Shown: piece after piece, positions 1-7,564 of the stretch | Layout: the number at the start of each line of letters is the position of its first letter | Position numbering within the stretch: position 1 is the first letter of the stretch | DNA from: Gemmatimonadota bacterium | GTDB taxonomy: Bacteria > Gemmatimonadota > Gemmatimonadetes > Palauibacterales > Palauibacteraceae | DNA: 21,656 bases | Direction: 5' to 3' | Assembly: GCA_039588275.1 (NCBI GenBank) | Contig: JBDHAC010000060.1 | Span: 1-21,656 of the forward strand | Position numbers and translations under genes: made by a program | Notes under the pieces: generated by a model | What the model saw: only the letters and a program-made list of their open reading frames with translations | What the model was told of the DNA's origin: nothing | Database searches by the model: none

Positions 1-120
1 TCCGGCTCCCTCGCTGGCAGCCGTCTCGACCGCGACGACGGCACCCGTGCCGTCGTCCGCCGTCGCTTTGCCCGGGTATTTGCTCTCTGGCATCAGTTTC
101 TCACGCTGTCGGTCTTTCAT
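1..120 (-). CDS. 5' end (40 codons) of a probable pyruvate/2-oxoacid:ferredoxin(flavodoxin) oxidoreductase, truncated by the window edge
   Basis: Not in the ORF track. Manual translation gives MKDRQREKLMPESKYPGKATADDGTGAVVAVETAASEGAG, resembling the KYPG...DG..AV..E...xAG(AYPITP) start of PFOR-type enzymes. The ATG at 120-118 overlaps the rnfB stop (ATGA coupling). The YPITP motif itself would lie outside the window. Confidence 0.7.
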   Translation of the reverse strand, partial: MKDRQREKLMPESKYPGKATADDGTGAVVAVETAASEGAG

Positions 121-1016
121 GCTGCTTGGCTCCCCACCTCACTCCGCTCCCTCTTACCCGGTTTCCCGCGGCTTTTTCCGGCCACCGTATCGGGCACGGG
201 GTCGAACTGCCAGCCCTCCACCCACTTGATGGCCCCCGTCGGGCAGCGGGCCGTCGCGGCCGGCTCGGCAAGCCCGATGTTGTCGTAGTCTATCACGGCG
301 AGCCCCGAGCGCATCTCGATGAGCCCCGGTTTCGCGTCCACCGCGCACCGTCCGCACGCGTCGCACGCCACCGAGCAGACGTCGGTGGCCGCATCGCCCG
401 ATAGCAGACTTCGGCACTGAACGATGAGCTTGTGCTCCAGAGGCAGGAGCACGAACAGATCCAGCGGGCAGACCTCCACGCAGTCGTTGCACGCGGTGCA
501 CAGCTCGGGATCGACCACGGGCAGATCGAATTCGTTCATCCGGATCGCGTCGAAGGTGCACGCGACGGCGCAGTCGGCCAGGCCGACGCAACCCCAGGCG
601 CAACCCTTCCCCCCTCCACCCACCGCGACCGCGGCACCGCAGCTTTCGATGCCGTGGTAGTCCGCCTTCTGGGTCGACACGTTCGAGCCGCCGGCGCACA
701 GCAGCCTGGCGACTACCTTATTGGACTCGCCCGCCTCGACGCCCAGATAGCCGGCCACTACGTCGGTCTCGGCCGGTCCCATCACGGTGCATGTGGCTGG
801 AGTGACCTCGCCCTCCACGGCCGCCTCGGCGAACGCGTGGCACCCGGCGAGGCCGCACGCGCCGCAGTTGGTGCCCGGAAGCAGCCCCGCGACCGTGTCG
901 ATCCGGGGATCCACCCACACCCACATCTTGCGGTGCACGAGCGCGATGAGGGCGCCGAACGTGAGGCCGACGCCTCCGAGGATCGCAACCGAGGTCAGAA
1001 TCGTAGACGCGCTCAT
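117..1016 (-). CDS. rnfB: RnfB/RsxB-type electron transport complex subunit B (membrane-anchored polyferredoxin)
   Basis: N-terminal TM helix, then VDPRIDTVAGLLPGTNCGACGLAGC (RnfB Fe-S domain), LCAGG, CAWGCVGLADCAVAC, CTACNDCVEVCP, CDACGRC and CPTGAI motifs. Confidence 0.9.
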   Translation of the reverse strand: MSASTILTSVAILGGVGLTFGALIALVHRKMWVWVDPRIDTVAGLLPGTNCGACGLAGCHAFAEAAVEGEVTPATCTVMGPAETDVVAGYLGVEAGESNKVVARLLCAGGSNVSTQKADYHGIESCGAAVAVGGGGKGCAWGCVGLADCAVACTFDAIRMNEFDLPVVDPELCTACNDCVEVCPLDLFVLLPLEHKLIVQCRSLLSGDAATDVCSVACDACGRCAVDAKPGLIEMRSGLAVIDYDNIGLAEPAATARCPTGAIKWVEGWQFDPVPDTVAGKSRGKPGKRERSEVGSQAA

Positions 1017-1025
1017 CGGATCAGC

Positions 1026-2069
1026 TCAGCTCGAATCGGGCGGCGGCGACTCGAGATCGGTCTGTTGCAGGAGCCACGCGGCCAGCTGGCCCGCGGGGTC
1101 GGCGGCCGTCGGCGCCGCGGGCGGGCTCCCGGCTCGCGTCCCCACATCGGCTCCGTTGGCCGCCGCGGCCGCCAGACGAGCCGGGTCGGCCAGGAACGCC
1201 AACTGTCGCAGCTCTTCCTTCTGCTGGAATGCGGTGAGCCCGCCCAGGGCCACACGCGGCGGCTCGCCGGGCAGATGCTCGACCTGCAACCGGGCCGGGC
1301 CGGCATCGCGTGCCGGCTGGTGAAGAAATCGGGCGGCGGTCTCCGGGACAAGCGCGACTACCGCGGGCCCAGGCCAGTCCGCCAGACAGGCGAGCTCGCC
1401 GGGATCGGAAGTCTGGAGCACGAGCACGCCCGGCGTGATGAGGCGAACCAGGGAGGCGGGCGGCGAATCCCCTCGCACGACCAGGACCAGCTTGACCGAC
1501 CCATCCAGGAAATCGGCCAGTCCGCCGACGTGCAGATCCGCTCCATCCAGCTCGACGACGAGCGGGGGCGCCATGCCTCGCTCCGCACGGTTCCATTCGC
1601 TGAACGGGAAGAACTCCAGGAACTGGCCGTGCTCGCCGGCTCGGTACTGACTCGCGCGCACGAGCTCGACCACGCGCGCCGCGCCGAAAGCGCGTCCGAC
1701 ATCACCCAGGGCCTTTCTCACCTCGACGACCGGTCGGGCGCCCGACTCGAGCGTCAACCGGAAGGACTCGTCCCCCTTTTGATGGATCGATGTCAGGGCG
1801 CCGAGCGCCTGCTGCAGAAGAACCCTCTCGAACGGTGCGCCCCGCTTCGGCGGCGCGAACACCTCCGCCAGACGCCCCGGATCGATGCGGCCCGAGGCAA
1901 ACGTCCCCAGCTCGCGCTCGAGCCGGCCCAAGCGGTCGGCGCCCGCCGCGCTGCGCGTCTCCAGAAGACCTCGCACCTCCTCCACCGTCACCGAGACGGC
2001 GGAGCGAAACGTCTCGCGGGCTCCGGCCAGAGCCTCCAGGGCCGGCCCGACTCGCTCGTCAGACGGCAT
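1026..2069 (-). CDS. Hypothetical soluble protein (347 aa) within the 2-oxoacid oxidoreductase/rnfB operon
   Basis: ORF 1026..2222 trimmed to the ATG at 2069 (MPSDERVG), which overlaps the korB stop by 11 nt and ends 9 nt before rnfB. Globular, natural-looking composition. Confidence 0.75.
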   Translation of the reverse strand: MPSDERVGPALEALAGARETFRSAVSVTVEEVRGLLETRSAAGADRLGRLERELGTFASGRIDPGRLAEVFAPPKRGAPFERVLLQQALGALTSIHQKGDESFRLTLESGARPVVEVRKALGDVGRAFGAARVVELVRASQYRAGEHGQFLEFFPFSEWNRAERGMAPPLVVELDGADLHVGGLADFLDGSVKLVLVVRGDSPPASLVRLITPGVLVLQTSDPGELACLADWPGPAVVALVPETAARFLHQPARDAGPARLQVEHLPGEPPRVALGGLTAFQQKEELRQLAFLADPARLAAAAANGADVGTRAGSPPAAPTAADPAGQLAAWLLQQTDLESPPPDSS

Positions 2070-3003
2070 AGCGATCCAGCTCCTGATCGAGAAGCGCGAT
2101 CTTTTCCTGTGCGGTGTAAGCGGGCAGCGAGCGGGTCTCTTCGTAGCGGGGGTTCGACTCGTCTCGATAGAAAAGCCCGATGCGCACCTTGTCGTTCGCC
2201 CGCGCGAGGTGCCGGGCGCCATCCAGGTCGCGCGGGTCGTGTGTCAGGCGATGCTCCAACCGACCTTCGAGCCCTGGGGCGCTGATGCCATCCTCGTGCT
2301 CGAGCATCTCGATCAGACCCGGATCCTGTACGTACTTGATGAACAGGTCCTCGGTGTAGTGCGGACAGCGTTGCAGGACCCGGACGAACGAGAATCCCTT
2401 GTGCCGGTAGGCGGCCTTTAGCGTGGCATACAGGTGCGGCACGAGCCACTCGACCGTTTGCGCCACGAACGAGGCGTTCGTGATTCCGAGCGTGGCTTCG
2501 AGCGGGTTCATCGCGGGCAGGTACGTACCCTGTGGCTGCGTGTTGGTCGAATACCCCAGCGGCGTCGTGGGAGACGTCTGCATCTTCGTGAGCCCGTAGA
2601 TCTCGTTGTCGAGCAGCAGGGCGACCATGTCCATGTTGTAGCGGATCGCGTGCACCCAATGCGCCGCCCCGATCGAGACGCAGTCACCGTCCCCCATCAC
2701 CACGAATACGTCCAGCTCGGGTCGGTGGAGCTTGATCCCGGTTCCCACCGGCAGCGCCCGACCGTGAAGCCCGTGAAACCCGTAGGTCTTCATGTAATGC
2801 GGGAACCGGCTCGAGCAGCCGATACCGGAGACGAACACCGTGCTCTCGGGCTTCAGCTGCTCCTCGGTGAGCAGACGCTGAGTGGCCGCCAGGACGGAGT
2901 GATCTCCGCACCCCGGGCACCAGCGGGCCCTGGCCCCCTCGTAGTCGGAGAGCTCGTAGCTCCGGTCCTCGCCCTGAACGAGATTGAGAAGCGAGCAGCT
3001 CAC
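2059..3003 (-). CDS. korB: 2-oxoacid:ferredoxin oxidoreductase beta subunit (TPP-binding)
   Basis: WCPGCGD, SGIGCSSR, LHGRALP, GDGD...DNEIYGLTK and CP motifs. The start is placed at GTG 3003 because AAGGAGG lies 6 nt upstream; the ORF-track extension to 3114 is likely spurious. Confidence 0.93.
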   Translation of the reverse strand: MSCSLLNLVQGEDRSYELSDYEGARARWCPGCGDHSVLAATQRLLTEEQLKPESTVFVSGIGCSSRFPHYMKTYGFHGLHGRALPVGTGIKLHRPELDVFVVMGDGDCVSIGAAHWVHAIRYNMDMVALLLDNEIYGLTKMQTSPTTPLGYSTNTQPQGTYLPAMNPLEATLGITNASFVAQTVEWLVPHLYATLKAAYRHKGFSFVRVLQRCPHYTEDLFIKYVQDPGLIEMLEHEDGISAPGLEGRLEHRLTHDPRDLDGARHLARANDKVRIGLFYRDESNPRYEETRSLPAYTAQEKIALLDQELDRYAV

Positions 3004-3079
3004 CGGTTGCCTCCTTTCAGACGGACCCTCCGCGACGCTCGAGCCGAGGGCCGGCCTTCTGGTCGAATCGCGCGCGCGC

Positions 3080-4999
3080 TCATTCCGGTTCCTGTACCTG
3101 CGGGGTGTGGGCACGGATCATCTCGTGGATCGAGCCGGGCCGCAGCGGTTCCCCGATGACCCTGGTCCAGCAGTCGACATCCACGAGCGTGTGCGCCCGC
3201 AGCAGCCAGCAGAGCTGACCCCTGCGCCGGTTCTCCGGCGTGATGAACGGCGCCTGCGGGTGATCGCTGTAGTTGCCCTCCACCGTCATGACCTTGCGGA
3301 AGTGCCGGAAGATCTGCTTCAGGCCCGGGGGGAGCGGCGACAGGAAGGTGAGGTGCAGCGAAGAGACGGAACGGTTCTCCGCCTTCGCGCGCTCAACCGC
3401 CTCCTCGATCGCGCCTTTCGTGCTTCCCCACCCGACGACGAGCAGGTCACCGCTTTCCTCCCCGTTCACGACCGGCGGCTCCAGCGTCTGCTGGAGCACG
3501 GCGATCTTGCGGCTCCGCATGTCGGTCGCCTGTTGATGGATCGCCGCGTCGTAGGCCACGCGGCTCCATGAGTCGTGCGACAGGCCGGTCACCGTGTGCA
3601 TACCCCCCTGCCGGCCCGGCGCCACGCGCTCCGAGAGTCCGGTTCGCGGATCCCAATCGTACGGCGGCGTGCCCTCCGGCACCGGCGTCATGTCGGGCGG
3701 CGTGCCCTGCCACGACGGGTCCATGTCCGGCCGGGGGAACGGCTGCACCCCGGTGGCCAGGTTCGCGTCTGTCAGCACGATCACCACGGTCCGAAATGCC
3801 TCGGCGATGCGCCGCGCGGTGACCATCGAGTGGAAGCACTCCTCGATCGTGGCCGGGGCGATCACCACATGCGGCGTGTCGCCGGGTTGCCCGAAGATCG
3901 AGGCGAGCAGATCGGCCTGTTCCACCTTGGTCGGGAGGCCCGTGCTCGGACCGCCGCGCTGGACGTCCACGACCACGAGCGGCATCTCGGTCATGACAGC
4001 GAGCCCGATGAACTCGGTCTTCAGCGCCAGCCCCGGACCCGACGTGATCGTGAACGCGACCTTCCCGGCGTACGACGCCCCGATCGCGACGCCGGCGGCC
4101 GCGATCTCGTCTTCGGCCTGGTGCAGCACGCCCCCGAACGTTTCGAACACCTCGCCCAGGTGGTGCGACACCGACGTGGCCGGCGTGATCGGGTACATCG
4201 CGGCCAGCTCCATCCCGGCCGCGATCGCGCCGAGGGCCACGGCCTGGTTCCCGTTCATCACGACCATGGGGACGTCGGACGGGTGCCGCGGGACCTCGAT
4301 GCGGAAATCCAGATTCTCGCGAGCCCACGTCGTCCCGAGCTCCAGCAGCTCGACGTTCCGGTCGTAGATCTCCTTCGCCTTCCGGCGGAACTTGTGGGCG
4401 ATCTGCGCGCGAACCAGCTCCATGTCCAAATCGTAGACCCAGCAGAGGAGTCCCAGCGCGAACATGTTCTTCCCGCGGGATGGATCCTCCACCACCTTGA
4501 GGCATTCCTCCTCCATCGGAACTTCGATGATCCGGTAGTCGGCGGAGGAGAGCTCCTTCATGGCCGACTTCCAGGCCGTCTGGATCTCCGGATCCTCGTG
4601 CTCCTTCCACATGCTCTCGACGAGAACCGTGGCGTCCTCCTCGAGCGCGTCGAGCTGGTGGCGTGCGAGCAGAACCTGCTCGTTGAACGCGACCATGAGG
4701 TTCGTCCGATCGCCCCAGTTCGTGACGGGCTTCGAGCCGATGCGGATCCGGTTTCCGCTCGCACCTGCCGGAATGCGGGGAGGCGGTTGAATCTCGGCCG
4801 GGATGATCTCGACCGTCCAGACGCCGTTCCCCATCTTGGCCGACACGCTTCCGAAGATCTGACCGCAGGTCTGTGCGCCCTCTCCTGAGTCGGAGACCAC
4901 CTCGACGGTGCTCTGGGAGGTGCGCAAAACCCGCGGCTCTTTGGCCGACGGCTCCGCGGCCGGCTTCGCCTTCTTCCGCGTCTTCGATTTCGTGACCAT
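3080..4999 (-). CDS. korA: 2-oxoacid:ferredoxin oxidoreductase alpha subunit (fused gamma-alpha)
   Basis: DSGEGAQ gamma-domain loop, KNMFALG, MNGNQA, YPITPAT, QAEDEIAA, TSGPG, QRGGPSTGLPTK and GWGST motifs. AGGAG RBS upstream of the ATG. Confidence 0.94.
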   Translation of the reverse strand: MVTKSKTRKKAKPAAEPSAKEPRVLRTSQSTVEVVSDSGEGAQTCGQIFGSVSAKMGNGVWTVEIIPAEIQPPPRIPAGASGNRIRIGSKPVTNWGDRTNLMVAFNEQVLLARHQLDALEEDATVLVESMWKEHEDPEIQTAWKSAMKELSSADYRIIEVPMEEECLKVVEDPSRGKNMFALGLLCWVYDLDMELVRAQIAHKFRRKAKEIYDRNVELLELGTTWARENLDFRIEVPRHPSDVPMVVMNGNQAVALGAIAAGMELAAMYPITPATSVSHHLGEVFETFGGVLHQAEDEIAAAGVAIGASYAGKVAFTITSGPGLALKTEFIGLAVMTEMPLVVVDVQRGGPSTGLPTKVEQADLLASIFGQPGDTPHVVIAPATIEECFHSMVTARRIAEAFRTVVIVLTDANLATGVQPFPRPDMDPSWQGTPPDMTPVPEGTPPYDWDPRTGLSERVAPGRQGGMHTVTGLSHDSWSRVAYDAAIHQQATDMRSRKIAVLQQTLEPPVVNGEESGDLLVVGWGSTKGAIEEAVERAKAENRSVSSLHLTFLSPLPPGLKQIFRHFRKVMTVEGNYSDHPQAPFITPENRRRGQLCWLLRAHTLVDVDCWTRVIGEPLRPGSIHEMIRAHTPQVQEPE

Positions 5000-5452
5000 G
5001 GACGGCCGTTCTCCTATCGCGGGACGAGTTCCGCTCGCCCGCCGTTTAGCAGGCCGCTGAAGAGATCCAGCGGGCCGCTTTAGCCTGCCGCAGATCCCCG
5101 ACCTCCGCTCGCCTCAGCCCGGCGGAGGGCGCATCCAACCCTAGTTTCGAACTGCAAGACGCGGTCCCGCGCGAAGTGGCAGAGAGCCCCGTGAATAAAG
5201 GGGATTCGCGGGATCTTATGCGACCACCATACGGCCGATTCGGGGCGATTTGTCCCGGCCCCGCCGTGCGGTCGGGCGGTGGGACGGTATGGCCCGAGTG
5301 ATCCGTAAGCATGCATGTCTCCTGTCCTTCGCGTTCTTCGGAAAGTTAGCGCATCCTGAACCGATAGGCTGCTCGATCCGCCGCTGGCTCCTCGAGCCGG
5401 GTCTCGGCACCCGCGACCCAGGCACCCGCAATCCATCGGCATGGCTCAGCGA

Positions 5453-6337
5453 TCAGGGCTTGTCGATCACCATGAGTAGCAGGAGGAGGGGGAGGTAGAG
5501 CACGGAGCCGAGGAAGAGCCGCCGAGCTGCCGCCGCCGATGGCTGCCGCGCGAACAAGACGCCGAGCATCAGGAAGACGAGGCCGAGACCCAAGCTCGCA
5601 ACCAGGTAGAGGTTGCCGGCGAGACCCAGGACCGTCGGGACCGCGCTCATCGGCAACAGCAGGATCAGAAACGTGAGGCTCTGTCGCGCCGTTCGGCGGC
5701 CCGTGAGATCGAGCACGGCGAGGATCTGGAAGCCTCCTCGCCGGTAATCGTCCCGGCACAGCCACCCTAGGCCGAGGAAGTGTGGTAGCTGCCACAGGAA
5801 GAGGATCCCGAACAGCACCCAGGCAGCGGGCTCGAGTCGGCCGGTCGCGGCGGTCCATCCGCCCACGATCGGGAGCGCGCCCGACACGCCGCCGACCATC
5901 GTCGATAGCGGGGTCACGCGCTTGAGCGGCGTGTACGCGGCGGCGTAGCTGATCAGGGTGGCCGCGGCGATGACCGCCGTCACCGCATTCACGAAGCTCG
6001 CGAGGTACGCGATCCCAGCCGCCGAAATCAGGGTCGCGAAGCCGAGCCCCTCCCGCTCGCTCAGCCGGCCTGACGGGAGAGGGCGGTTACGCGTGCGGCG
6101 CATGGCGGCGTCGGGCCGTCGCTCCAGGTACTGGTTGAGGGCGTTGGTCCCCCCGGCCGTGAGCGCCGTCCCGATCAGCGCATGCAGGAGCAGCGCGAGC
6201 CGGGGCGCGGCCGGCGAGGCGACGTGGAACCCGACGCCGGTGGTGAGCAGGACCAACCCGGTGATCCGGGGCTTGGTGAGCTCCAGGAAAGCGCCCGCAC
6301 GCCGGCCGAGGCGGTGGATGAGGCCCGAGAGGGCCAT
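5453..6337 (-). CDS. ctaB: Protoheme IX farnesyltransferase (heme o synthase)
   Basis: LTKPRI, NQYLERRPDAAMRRTRNRPLPSG, YTPLKR, WQLPHF and DDYRRGG motifs; multi-TM. Start placed at ATG 6337; the ORF-track start at 6439 overlaps the SCO gene. Confidence 0.93.
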   Translation of the reverse strand: MALSGLIHRLGRRAGAFLELTKPRITGLVLLTTGVGFHVASPAAPRLALLLHALIGTALTAGGTNALNQYLERRPDAAMRRTRNRPLPSGRLSEREGLGFATLISAAGIAYLASFVNAVTAVIAAATLISYAAAYTPLKRVTPLSTMVGGVSGALPIVGGWTAATGRLEPAAWVLFGILFLWQLPHFLGLGWLCRDDYRRGGFQILAVLDLTGRRTARQSLTFLILLLPMSAVPTVLGLAGNLYLVASLGLGLVFLMLGVLFARQPSAAAARRLFLGSVLYLPLLLLLMVIDKP

Positions 6338-6407
6338 GTCCCCCGGCTCCCGCGGGCCGACGGTCGCCACGCCAGGTCTGGCGCCCGACGCCTGGGCCGC
6401 CCCGGCC

Positions 6408-7331
6408 CTAGATGCCCCGGGCGAGCTCCACCAACTCATCGGTGCTCCCTGACGTGGCGAAGGCCACGCGTCCGTCGGGGGCGAGCAGATACACGAGACG
6501 GGTGTGGATCACCTCTCCGGTCCGCAGGTCGCGCGCGCGGGACACCTTCCAAGCGTCGAGCGTCCGCTCGACGGTCTCGACGGCACCGGAGAGAACGAGC
6601 GCTCCCTCGTCCAGCTCCCAATGTTCGGCCAGGTATCGGAGACGCGATGGAGTGTCCCGCCACGGATCGAGCGTCACGACGAGCATGACCGACTCGATGC
6701 CGTCCGCCGCCAGTCGCCGCTTCGCCTCGCGCACGTCCCGCACCACGGTGGGGCACACGGTCTCGCAGTGGCCGAAACCGAACGTCAACAGCACGTTGCG
6801 CCCCCGAAAGCGCTCGATGGACACCACTTCCCCGCTCTGGTCGATGAGCTCCAGCGGGGGCGCGGGCATGTCGAGCCGCGCGGGCTGGTCATCGAGGCGC
6901 GCCGCGACGTGCGGCAACCCGGGGGCGATCCACGCGGAAGCCGCGGCGACCCGCACGCTCACGGCCCCGATGCCCGCGAAGACAAGTAGAGCGCCCGCCG
7001 CCAGGGTCATCCGCCCGCGCCCTCCGCGGGCTAGCGCGTGGAGCCCGGAGCGCAGATCGTCCCACCAGCCGAAGGCGAGCACGCCGAGCAACGAGAGGGG
7101 TGGTCCCGTCAACGCCAGCCAGCCCCCGCCATCCGGCAGGCCGTTGGCGCCGGATCGGAAACAGACCTCGCGCGCCCGCACCAGCCACTGCGGCGCCGCC
7201 TCGCCCGTCGGCCACAGCGCCAGGGCGAACCACACGGCCGAGATGGCCAGGATCAGCCCCAGCGCCGCCACGGACCATCGCTCGGCCCGTGACGGACCCA
7301 TCATGCCCACGCTGCCCGACCGTGCAACCAT
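6408..7331 (-). CDS. SCO1/SenC family copper chaperone with extended N-terminal membrane domain
   Basis: LIDQSG, FGFGHCETVCP (CxxxC), VTLDPWRDT and HT motifs, preceded by about 140 aa with 3 hydrophobic segments. Alternative start at ATG 7304. Confidence 0.88.
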   Translation of the reverse strand: MVARSGSVGMMGPSRAERWSVAALGLILAISAVWFALALWPTGEAAPQWLVRAREVCFRSGANGLPDGGGWLALTGPPLSLLGVLAFGWWDDLRSGLHALARGGRGRMTLAAGALLVFAGIGAVSVRVAAASAWIAPGLPHVAARLDDQPARLDMPAPPLELIDQSGEVVSIERFRGRNVLLTFGFGHCETVCPTVVRDVREAKRRLAADGIESVMLVVTLDPWRDTPSRLRYLAEHWELDEGALVLSGAVETVERTLDAWKVSRARDLRTGEVIHTRLVYLLAPDGRVAFATSGSTDELVELARGI

Positions 7332-7366
7332 CGGTTACCGCCCTCGATACCGCCTCGGTGGCCGGC

Positions 7367-7564
7367 TCAGCCCACTTCCCACAGGAACGAGAGCAGCTTC
7401 CAGTTCGTGAAGTAGTAGGTCGCGAAAGCGGCCAGGAAGACGAACACCAGGATGATCGTTCCCGGCGCCCAACCGAGCCCGCCACCGATTTCGGCCCCCG
7501 GTTCCTGCTCCGGCGGCGGCGGGGGCGGGTTCACGATTCCGTTTGGCACTCCATGCATCACCAT
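7367..7564 (-). CDS. 65-aa single-TM peptide, subunit IIa-like or detached C-terminal helix of subunit I
   Basis: MVMHGVPNGIVNPPPPPPEQEPGAEIGGGLGWAPGTIILVFVFLAAFATYYFTNWKLLSFLWEVG, the last 65 residues of shadow ORF 7367..9112. The ATG overlaps the subunit I stop (TGATG), with GGAGGAAGGAG upstream. The PGT-hydrophobic helix parallels the PKGT helix of CbaD. Confidence 0.75.
   Translation of the reverse strand: MVMHGVPNGIVNPPPPPPEQEPGAEIGGGLGWAPGTIILVFVFLAAFATYYFTNWKLLSFLWEVG

Noticed and set aside
432..2285. 617-aa plus-strand ORF
   Set aside because: Antisense shadow of rnfB, the hypothetical gene and korB. Arg/Gly-rich with no motifs, as expected in high-GC DNA.
3575..4888. Long ORFs overlapping korA on the opposite strand or in alternative frames (437, 387 and 257 aa)
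   Set aside because: Shadow frames of a clearly identified gene.
5406..5429. GGCACCCGC direct repeat (2 copies)
   Set aside because: Too short and too few copies in GC-rich DNA; not CRISPR-like.
5046..5498. Short ORFs (71-120 aa) in the korA-ctaB gap
   Set aside because: Mutually overlapping, with no convincing RBS or motifs and unnatural composition.
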